Notes: a model not told the origin generated them from the sequence alone. Positions 25,035-32,286 are shown, numbered from the stretch's first letter. The stretch: 37,995 nt of DNA from an uncultured Gammaproteobacteria bacterium (GCA_964519355.1 CAZFJW010000001.1:1-37995); one strand, 5' to 3'. Made by a program: numbers and translations.

Positions 25035-27140
25035 ATGCGTAAAAATATACTTCTCATTTGTGTTATTTTTTTAGCACTATTTACTATTAAAATTAGTGCA
25101 GGACCTACAGAAGCTATTTCTTCATCAACTAATAAGACTCTCCTCGCTCAGTCTGCAACATGCAATGAATCAACATGCTATGGAGTAAAAGTATGTACTG
25201 ATAGAGGCTGTAAAAAGAGAACTGGATACAACTGTACTGGTGTTGATGGAATAAATGACAATGATCGATGCGCCTCAGGAATCTGCATTAATGGTGAGTG
25301 TGTCGATTATAAAAATGAACCACCAGATGGCTACTGCGGAGAACCTGAGGACTGTACAACGGGAATATGTATTAAGAACAAATGCCGATCGGGCCTTCTT
25401 GCACCATATGAGGACTGTGACAATAACTCACAGTGCCTGTCAGGAGTGTGTGTAGATGAATGTAAGCCAACCAAACTTCCGCAAGACTCAAAGTGTGATG
25501 CGAATGATAACGCAGATTGTCTTTCAGGCCAATGTTCTAGATGTGAAGTAAATGGATGTAAGGGAAATTGGACCTGTCAAGGCCGGGATCCGACACCTAT
25601 TCCTACAACCGTTCCCCCAAATTGCGGTACCGAAACCTGTGTCGGGACAGAAATTTGTCTGCAAGTAAATGGATCCCCCCCGCTTCAATGTTTTGCGCGC
25701 AATTCAAGAATAAATGGGTACACTTGTAAAGGCCAGTATGGCACCAGAGAACATGATGTGTGCAGTTATCCTGCACCATGGTGTAACGAAAATTTTAGAT
25801 GCGGACTCACAAATTCCCCTGCTGAGACAGATCCCACAGCAATTCCGGAACCAACTGAAGAACCAGGAGCGGCAACACCTACTAGAACTCCTACTACTCA
25901 ACCTACTGACACTACATCCTGCGAAAATCCTGCAACATGGAGTCCGGGAACTAGCTATTCATGCCAGTTATCAGGATGTCCTGAAGGTGGATCTTTCTAT
26001 GATGGACCAGATAGCGGCTGCCCTGCCTCCAGGCCAACCTGCTGCAAGACTATCATTATTCCCCCTCCTGGTGCTCCAGAAGTCCTAGACTATGAGAGAA
26101 GTTGTACAGATGGTCAAATTTCTTACAAATTTAATTTCACTCCAGGCGAAGATGCAACCTATCATAAATTACAATATGTCGGAGTCGCCAAAGGCGACAC
26201 TACGACTGTACCTGTCGATCAGTACAATAACTATACCTCTGGCATGATTATCCCTCCATCAGGAGGAAATGGATTTGCACCCGATATTCAGGTTAATTAC
26301 GACATTCTCGCATGCAACTCTGCGGGATGTACTCCTGATCCTATGCACTGGTGGTCAATTGGAGACACAGGAAACGCATGCACAGCAGGAGGAGCAACAC
26401 CGACTGGTCCTTGTAGTACTCACGGCGGAGTTAAGGCTGGAACAACTGCAGATGGAGTCTGTGATAGAAAAGTGTTTAACGATACTAATGCCAAAAAAAC
26501 AGTCGCAGAAGGAAATCCTTACTACGGCAAAACATATGAACTCAGATACACGTGTAACGATCCAGGAACATACGATTATATAAATCCAGATACGACCACA
26601 TGCAGCTCCAAAGTATGGTTTGATCCGCCCGCAGGAGGAGGATCAACACCCGGCGGCACAAAGACGTGCTACAAAGACGCCGATAATGACGGCTATGGAT
26701 CAGCAACTGGTGGAACACAGGCCAATCAAACCTCATGCACCGCAGGCTGGTCAGAAAGCATGAGCGATTGCGATGACACCAATGCGTCCGCCAATCCTGG
26801 TCAAAGTGGTGACTTCTATCATCCCCTGGCAAATGGCACTTTTGACTATAACTGTAACGGACAAAATGATAAAAAATATGCAACTCATGGATTTGGCTCA
26901 CTGCCAAAAGAAACATGCCTAGCTGATATGCCGTCTGGGACTGTCGGATTTACAGATGACATGCAATGCGGAACTTCGGGCACATTCAGACTTTGCTATA
27001 AATTTAAAAATACCGCCTGTGGTGGCACTTCAGATTCAGACGCAGTCTCTGATACTATCGGCAAGCCCTGTCCCGCTGGTGCTGCCGGAAGCGGATGGGC
27101 ACTTGTAGACCTGGCAAGCGTCCCGCAGAATTGTAAGTAA
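25035..27140 (+). CDS. Secreted cysteine-rich multidomain protein (701 aa, about 55 Cys)
   Basis: Sec signal peptide. Four C-x-[ST]-G-x-C-x2-4-C modules occupy aa ~66-175, with PT linkers between regions. CYKDADNDGYG...DCDDTNASANPG...DYNCNG at aa 545-612 resembles the putative metal-binding (MopE-type) motif. Confidence 0.8.
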   Translation: MRKNILLICVIFLALFTIKISAGPTEAISSSTNKTLLAQSATCNESTCYGVKVCTDRGCKKRTGYNCTGVDGINDNDRCASGICINGECVDYKNEPPDGYCGEPEDCTTGICIKNKCRSGLLAPYEDCDNNSQCLSGVCVDECKPTKLPQDSKCDANDNADCLSGQCSRCEVNGCKGNWTCQGRDPTPIPTTVPPNCGTETCVGTEICLQVNGSPPLQCFARNSRINGYTCKGQYGTREHDVCSYPAPWCNENFRCGLTNSPAETDPTAIPEPTEEPGAATPTRTPTTQPTDTTSCENPATWSPGTSYSCQLSGCPEGGSFYDGPDSGCPASRPTCCKTIIIPPPGAPEVLDYERSCTDGQISYKFNFTPGEDATYHKLQYVGVAKGDTTTVPVDQYNNYTSGMIIPPSGGNGFAPDIQVNYDILACNSAGCTPDPMHWWSIGDTGNACTAGGATPTGPCSTHGGVKAGTTADGVCDRKVFNDTNAKKTVAEGNPYYGKTYELRYTCNDPGTYDYINPDTTTCSSKVWFDPPAGGGSTPGGTKTCYKDADNDGYGSATGGTQANQTSCTAGWSESMSDCDDTNASANPGQSGDFYHPLANGTFDYNCNGQNDKKYATHGFGSLPKETCLADMPSGTVGFTDDMQCGTSGTFRLCYKFKNTACGGTSDSDAVSDTIGKPCPAGAAGSGWALVDLASVPQNCK

Positions 27141-27141
27141 T

Positions 27142-27750
27142 ATGGAAAAAATTAAAAGTATTATTGTTGGAATTAAAATGTCAAAAAAGAAGTTACTGAT
27201 TGTAATTTCAGTCACAATTATCATTCTTCTCTTGCTTATTGCAGCTCTATTAGGAGTTCGGTCAAAAAATACAAAAACGAAAAACCAAGTACAAGTCCAG
27301 CCTATTGAGACCAAAAAATATTACGCCTCATTAAAGTTTGACAAAGAAACAATTTCACAGAATGAGTCACCGGTTTCAATAACTCTTGATATGGGAGCAA
27401 ATTCTGTAAAAAGCGTTTCATTTACAGTTGAATACGACCCGACACTCCTGACAGTGGACATCGAGCAGGAACTTGACAGCACCTCCGCCCTTTCTTATTC
27501 TCTTGTTCCAGCGGGTAAAATTGCATCACCCAGCACAGCCAAAAAAGGAACAATTCAATATATTCTATCTTTAAAAAATGAGGCTGTAGAACAAAATGGA
27601 AAGGGCAAAATTGCAAAGTTTATATTTAAAACAAAACCTGAATTCACAGGCACTGCTGTTGTAAAGATTGCAGATGTCAAAATTACCTCAGACAAACTTG
27701 GCATAACCGAAGAATTTCTTCCACAAACCAACTCTCTTATAATTCAATAA
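27142..27750 (+). CDS. Membrane-anchored cohesin-like domain protein 2
   Basis: TM anchor, a K/N-rich linker, then SVSFTVEYDPTLLTV...GKGKIAKFIFKTKP. It starts 1 nt after the previous stop; an alternative start is Met13 at 27178. Confidence 0.55.
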   Translation: MEKIKSIIVGIKMSKKKLLIVISVTIIILLLLIAALLGVRSKNTKTKNQVQVQPIETKKYYASLKFDKETISQNESPVSITLDMGANSVKSVSFTVEYDPTLLTVDIEQELDSTSALSYSLVPAGKIASPSTAKKGTIQYILSLKNEAVEQNGKGKIAKFIFKTKPEFTGTAVVKIADVKITSDKLGITEEFLPQTNSLIIQ

Positions 27751-27773
27751 GATATGGTGTGACGAGTGACTAT

Positions 27774-27803
27774 TTGACACATGCATTGATATTCTCATAA
27801 GAT
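27774..27803 (+). promoter_or_regulatory. Sigma70-like promoter TTGACA-18-TAAGAT (leaderless configuration)
   Basis: The -10 box ends 6 nt before ATG 27810. Confidence 0.5.
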
Positions 27804-27809
27804 ATCTGT

Positions 27810-28667
27810 ATGAAGAAAAAATCCGCAAGAAAAGTAACACGCAGAGAGCAGAATAAATTCCTCCACTCCGTACGCCTCTTTAGAGGAGACGCAATGGTGA
27901 CATTACTACTTGCAATAGTTGTCATTTCAGCAGTTTTTTTCGTGGGAGGCGCACTTCCCCAGCAATCCCGTGACACTCAAGATCTTTCAAATGAAGGCGT
28001 TATTGACGAAGACTCGCTCTCCTCTTCAACCAACGGCAATCAACTGCAGCTTAAGACCTTAAAATTCAAAAAATGTTCATCAATTGCCGCAGTCAGCATG
28101 ATGCTCGATCGCTCAGGATCTATGGGCAATGATGGAAAAATCACCAAACTCAAATCAGCAACCCTGTCATTTGCATCAAATTTTGCAGACGACTCGGTTA
28201 TTGGAATTCAGTCTTTTGACTCAAATGACATACGTGAAGACGTTCCTATATCCTACTATAAAGATGTAAAAGATTTGGTCGTAACAAAAGTTAATGCACT
28301 CACCCCAGGCGACAAAACCCCCACGTATCGAGCCCTGCAATTCTCTCGCGATATTTTAATACCCGCAATACCAAAGTTCAGTGACCGAACTTTTAATTTT
28401 ATCTTCCTCTCAGACGGCCTCCCCGTTCCGCCCCAGACAGAAGACCCACGAGGATACTCACCCAATCCTGCTGATGAAATTAAGGCTCTTGGAGTAACTG
28501 TGTACACTATTGGAATCTTCGGACCTGCAGATGCTGTTGCAGGAGCTGAGCTGCTAAAAAGCATTGCATCATCTCCTGATAATTATTTTGCTACGCCAAC
28601 GGGTGACGATTTATCAAGTATTTATGCTGCAATTGGAACAAAAATTTGCAGCAAGGCAACAAAGTAG
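27810..28667 (+). CDS. Anchored von Willebrand factor A domain protein 1
   Basis: Basic leader ...LFRG then DAMVTLLLAIVVISAVFFVGG. MIDAS residues are DRSGSMG, GDKTPT and FLSDG. Confidence 0.8.
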   Translation: MKKKSARKVTRREQNKFLHSVRLFRGDAMVTLLLAIVVISAVFFVGGALPQQSRDTQDLSNEGVIDEDSLSSSTNGNQLQLKTLKFKKCSSIAAVSMMLDRSGSMGNDGKITKLKSATLSFASNFADDSVIGIQSFDSNDIREDVPISYYKDVKDLVVTKVNALTPGDKTPTYRALQFSRDILIPAIPKFSDRTFNFIFLSDGLPVPPQTEDPRGYSPNPADEIKALGVTVYTIGIFGPADAVAGAELLKSIASSPDNYFATPTGDDLSSIYAAIGTKICSKATK

Positions 28668-28762
28668 TTTGTATAGTGTAGTATGTGGAATGGAGAATGT
28701 ATGATGCGCAATCTTTTTCAGATCAAGCATAATTCCTAATACATAATTCATTGTACAAAACC
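28664..28762 (+). repeat. ORF-less miniature copy B of the heptad-repeat inverted element
   Basis: Seven in-phase heptads GTAGTTT GTATAGT GTAGTAT GTGGAAT GGAGAAT GTATGAT GCGCAAT span 28664-28712, with G1 and T7 invariant. Right arm is CATAATT CCTAATA CATAATT CATTGTA CAAAACC (28728-28762). The left arm overlaps the vWA-1 stop codon. Confidence 0.7.
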
Positions 28763-28769
28763 CCAAATA

Positions 28770-28799
28770 TTGACAACCCCGACACATACTATCTAGAAT
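28770..28799 (+). promoter_or_regulatory. Sigma70-like promoter TTGACA-18-TAGAAT (leaderless configuration)
   Basis: The -10 box ends 5 nt before ATG 28805. Confidence 0.5.
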
Positions 28800-28804
28800 G
28801 ATGT

Positions 28805-29791
28805 ATGCCCGCTAAATCTTCTCGTATTCGGAGAAAAACAAAAACTGTCAAGAAAAAAACATCAGTAAAAAAACCCGCTTCATCGCTTTGGTTTTTTCCA
28901 AATTCTCTTAAAGTTCTTAAGGGTGATGCCTCAATCTTTATATTATTTGGAATAATACTTATCGGCGGACTCTTTATGGCTGGTGGCTTTTTCCCTAGAG
29001 TCTCAACTGACACACTTAACACTGACGCTGGAGAATCACAAATTGATCCAGATTCTCTCCCAAAGGGCGACTCAAAAGAAGCACTGCAGCTCAAGACCCT
29101 CAAATTTAAAAGCTGTACCCAGGTCTCCGCAGTTGAATTTTTACTGGATAATTCAGGATCTATGGGAGGGTCAGGATTTGATCCTGCCAAAATGACCAAC
29201 CTCAAAGCGGGTGTTACAACGTTTTCAGAAAAATTATCTGACACATCGGTTATAGGACTGAGAACTTTTTCTGACTATACAACCCTAGACGTTCCTTTCG
29301 GATATTACAAAGACAATAAGTCCTCCTTTGCTACAGCAATTGCTGGAATGACTCCTGATGGATCTACGCATCAAAAGTCAGCTTTTGAGGCAGCCAAAAC
29401 AGATCTCGAAGGTGCAGTCACAAAATATCCAAAGTACGATTTTAATCTCATATTCTTTTCTGATGGAATTCCAGAAACTGCAGCGGGAAATAGAACTTGT
29501 ACAGGCACCGTGTGTGATCCATCAAATCCTGCAGGATGTAGATGCATGGCACCATCCCAAGACCCAAGAGCAGTTGCAGAAGAAATCAAAGCAATTAAAA
29601 ACTCATCAGGCAGCAATATAAGAATATTCTCAATTTTGCTGTACGATCCAGTTCGTGATAGTTTTGCCGAAACCGAATTTAAGGCTCTTATGAAAAGTGT
29701 TGCAACGGATTCTTCAACATACTTTGAAACAACCGATCCAGATGATTTAAAGAGTCTTTTTGATTCTGTTATCAAAAAAGTTTGTGGATAA
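28805..29791 (+). CDS. Anchored von Willebrand factor A domain protein 2
   Basis: A 40-aa basic leader ...LKVLKG then DASIFILFGIILIGGLFMAGG. MIDAS residues are DNSGSMG, PDGST and FFSDG. It has a Cys-rich insert CTGTVCDPSNPAGCRC and is a tandem paralog of 27810-28667. Confidence 0.8.
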   Translation: MPAKSSRIRRKTKTVKKKTSVKKPASSLWFFPNSLKVLKGDASIFILFGIILIGGLFMAGGFFPRVSTDTLNTDAGESQIDPDSLPKGDSKEALQLKTLKFKSCTQVSAVEFLLDNSGSMGGSGFDPAKMTNLKAGVTTFSEKLSDTSVIGLRTFSDYTTLDVPFGYYKDNKSSFATAIAGMTPDGSTHQKSAFEAAKTDLEGAVTKYPKYDFNLIFFSDGIPETAAGNRTCTGTVCDPSNPAGCRCMAPSQDPRAVAEEIKAIKNSSGSNIRIFSILLYDPVRDSFAETEFKALMKSVATDSSTYFETTDPDDLKSLFDSVIKKVCG

Positions 29792-29820
29792 GAACAATTC
29801 CTCCCTAAAAATACGACTTT

Positions 29821-29829
29821 TGATATAAT
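29821..29829 (+). promoter_or_regulatory. Extended -10 element TGaTATAAT
   Basis: It ends 6 nt before the uppS ATG at 29836. No convincing -35 box was seen. Confidence 0.4.
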
Positions 29830-29835
29830 ATCCCT

Positions 29836-30546
29836 ATGCCAAAAAAGGACGAATCAATTTTATTGCCCAAACACGTCGCTATTATTCCCGATGGGAACAG
29901 ACGCTGGGCAAAGGAACACAACCTGCCCTCACTCCAAGGACACAGAAAGGGTTTTCAAGTTGCACAGGTTTTGGCGCGTAAAATTCGTGCATCAGGAGTT
30001 CCCACGCTTACTTTTTGGGCTTTTTCGACGGAAAATTGGAAAAGAGACAGTAAAGAAGTTGGATACCTCATGCAATTTTACAGTAAGTTTCTTGAAAAAA
30101 ATCTTCTCAGCATGGATGATGAAAAGGTTAGGTATATCCACCTTGGAAGAAAAGACAGAATTCCTGAAAAATTACTGGCAAAGATTGAAAACATCGAAGA
30201 AAAAACCAAAAAATTCAAAAAATACTACCTTAATTTTGCACTCGACTACGGAGGTCATGATGAAATTTTAAGAGCAGTTAAAAAAATAGTCGGCAAAGGC
30301 CTTAAAAGCGATGAGGTAACCGAGCAGCTTATTGCAGAAAATCTTGATACAGCGCAAGAACCTTATCCAAACCCAGATCTTGTCATCCGCACCAGTGGCG
30401 AAAATAGAACCTCAGGATTTATGCCATGGCAGGCAGCATACGCAGAGTACATTTTTATAGATAAATATTTTCCCGAGTTAACTGAGGGAGATATAGACTG
30501 GGCACTGGCTGAATACTCAAGAAGGCAAAGAAGATTTGGTAAGTAA
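29836..30546 (+). CDS. uppS: Undecaprenyl-diphosphate synthase (cis-prenyltransferase)
   Basis: HVAIIPDGNRRWAK, FAFSTENWKR-like and IRTSGE.R.S.F motifs. Confidence 0.9.
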   Translation: MPKKDESILLPKHVAIIPDGNRRWAKEHNLPSLQGHRKGFQVAQVLARKIRASGVPTLTFWAFSTENWKRDSKEVGYLMQFYSKFLEKNLLSMDDEKVRYIHLGRKDRIPEKLLAKIENIEEKTKKFKKYYLNFALDYGGHDEILRAVKKIVGKGLKSDEVTEQLIAENLDTAQEPYPNPDLVIRTSGENRTSGFMPWQAAYAEYIFIDKYFPELTEGDIDWALAEYSRRQRRFGK

Positions 30547-30550
30547 AATT

Positions 30551-30585
30551 GCAGGATGTAGCATGTAGAACGCAGTATGCAAAAA
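30551..30585 (+). repeat. Left heptad-repeat arm flanking the four-helix-bundle gene
   Basis: GCAGGAT GTAGCAT GTAGAAC GCAGTAT GCAAAAA. The ATG at 30577-30579 lies inside the fourth heptad. Confidence 0.7.
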
Positions 30586-30945
30586 ATCCAGTCATTTACA
30601 GACTTAAACGCCTGGAAAGAAGCGCACGTCCTCGTTCTCAATATCTACAAAGAAACGAAAAAATTTCCCGATGATGAAAAATTTGGACTTACCAACCAGA
30701 TGCGAAGATCTGCCGTCTCAATAACTTCAAATATTGCAGAAGGTTTCTCAAGAAAGGGAACGAAGGAAAAAATCCAATATTGTTATTTGGCTCTTGGGTC
30801 TCTAGCCGAACTACAAAATCAACTTGTAATTTCAAGAGATATTGGTTATATTTCTAATACAGATTTTCAATTACTCGCAGAGAAATCAATTATAGTTAGC
30901 AAATTAATTAATGGGCTTATTAAATCAAAATCGCATACAACATAA
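30577..30945 (+). CDS. Four-helix-bundle protein (23S rRNA intervening-sequence protein / Avd family)
   Basis: FTDLNAWKEAH...FPDDEKFGLTNQMRRSAVSITSNIAEG...LGSLAELQNQL is characteristic of this family. Confidence 0.85.
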   Translation: MQKIQSFTDLNAWKEAHVLVLNIYKETKKFPDDEKFGLTNQMRRSAVSITSNIAEGFSRKGTKEKIQYCYLALGSLAELQNQLVISRDIGYISNTDFQLLAEKSIIVSKLINGLIKSKSHTT

Positions 30946-30968
30946 TTCATACTACATTCTTCAATTAT
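30934..30968 (+). repeat. Right heptad-repeat arm flanking the four-helix-bundle gene
   Basis: CATACAA CATAATT CATACTA CATTCTT CAATTAT. Its reverse complement matches the left arm at 20 of 30 positions plus one G-U, with blocks of 12 and 6 bp. It contains the stop TAA (30943-30945) and abuts the glyA ATG. Confidence 0.7.
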
Positions 30969-32286
30969 GAACCTAAAACAAACCGACCCCCAAATCTTCC
31001 AACTCATAAAAGATGAGGAAAAAAGACAGCGCGATGTGCTTGAGATGATACCGTCTGAGAATTACACATCAAGCGCTGTGCTAGAAGCTTTGGGATCAGT
31101 TCTAAACAATAAATATTCTGAGGGCTACCCCAAAAAAAGATATTATCAGGGAAATGCCGTAGCTGACAGCGTTGAAATACTTGCACAAGAACGGGCAAAA
31201 AAACTTTTTAATGTTCCTTACGTTAATGTCCAGGCACTATCAGGAAGTCCGGCAAATTTGGCAGTATACACTGCGCTTCTGGAACCGATGAAGGGTAAAA
31301 TTATGGGTCTATCTCTTGCATTTGGAGGTCATTTGACTCACGGACAGCCTCAATCATCTACTGGAAAATTTTTTCGCTCCACCCTTTTTGAATTAGGAAA
31401 AGATGCGCATCTTGATTATGCCGCAATAGAAAAACAAGCACTAGCTGAAAAACCCGATATTATTGTCTGTGGATTTACCGCGTATCCTCGTGAAATTGAC
31501 TTTGCAAAATTCGGCAAAATTGCTGATAAAGTCGGATGCTATCTCATGGCAGACATTTCCCATATTGCAGGGCTTGTTGCCTCAGGTGTCCATCCCTCTC
31601 CAGTTCCTTATGCACATATCATAACCACAACAACTCACAAAACACTTCGAGGCCCAAGAGGAGCCCTCATTATGGTGACGGCAAAGGGCCTAGAAAAAAA
31701 TGCTGACCTTCCTAAGAAAATCGATACAGCGATTATCCCTGGACTCCAAGGTGGACCGCACGACAACCAAACAGCAGCAATTGCTGTTGCACTAAAAGAA
31801 GCTGATACAAAAGAGTTCAAAAAATATTCACTACAAATTGTAAAGAATGCAAAGGCTTTATCTGAAGAACTTATCAAGCGTGGTTTTGATCTGGTAAGCG
31901 GTGGGACGGATAACCATCTTTTGTTGATAGATCTCCGAAATAAAAAAGTAAATGGTGCGGTTGCTGCATATGCGCTCGAGAAAGCAGGAATAGTTCTCAA
32001 TAAAAATGGTGTACCATTTGATACCAATCCGCCATTTTATCCCTCGGGAATTCGGCTTGGAACTCCCGCAATAACTACTCGCGGCATGAATGAACGTGAC
32101 ATGAAAAAAGTTGCTGAGTGGATTGATAGAACACTGCAAGCAGTTGGTGAAGCTGTAATTCCAAAAATTCAGGAAGAAAGAAATCCTTGGATGCGGGATC
32201 AGAAAAAGCGCATAAATTCTAATGGTGAAATTAAGAAAATTGAAAAAGAAGTGAGGAGTTTTGCAACTAAATTTCCGTTGCCTTAA
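30967..32286 (+). CDS. glyA: Serine hydroxymethyltransferase
   Basis: 439 aa with TTTTHKTLRGPRG (PLP-lysine motif) and other SHMT motifs. Confidence 0.95.
   Translation: MNLKQTDPQIFQLIKDEEKRQRDVLEMIPSENYTSSAVLEALGSVLNNKYSEGYPKKRYYQGNAVADSVEILAQERAKKLFNVPYVNVQALSGSPANLAVYTALLEPMKGKIMGLSLAFGGHLTHGQPQSSTGKFFRSTLFELGKDAHLDYAAIEKQALAEKPDIIVCGFTAYPREIDFAKFGKIADKVGCYLMADISHIAGLVASGVHPSPVPYAHIITTTTHKTLRGPRGALIMVTAKGLEKNADLPKKIDTAIIPGLQGGPHDNQTAAIAVALKEADTKEFKKYSLQIVKNAKALSEELIKRGFDLVSGGTDNHLLLIDLRNKKVNGAVAAYALEKAGIVLNKNGVPFDTNPPFYPSGIRLGTPAITTRGMNERDMKKVAEWIDRTLQAVGEAVIPKIQEERNPWMRDQKKRINSNGEIKKIEKEVRSFATKFPLP

Noticed and set aside
27882-27893. RGD / KGD tripeptides in the vWA proteins considered as integrin-type cell-attachment motifs
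   Set aside because: They lie on the cytoplasmic or leader side, immediately before the hydrophobic helix. They are better explained as part of the conserved [KR]-G junction of the shared N-terminal module.
28664-28712. Tandem repeats considered as a CRISPR array
   Set aside because: The period is 7 nt with no spacers, far too short for CRISPR repeats. No cas genes are present in the window.
30577-30945. Four-helix-bundle gene considered as Avd of a diversity-generating retroelement
   Set aside because: The family includes DGR Avd proteins. However, I could find no reverse transcriptase ORF (no YxDD-type RT motif context) and no template/variable repeat pair in the window, and the gene sits between uppS and glyA. 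A distant DGR elsewhere in the genome cannot be excluded.
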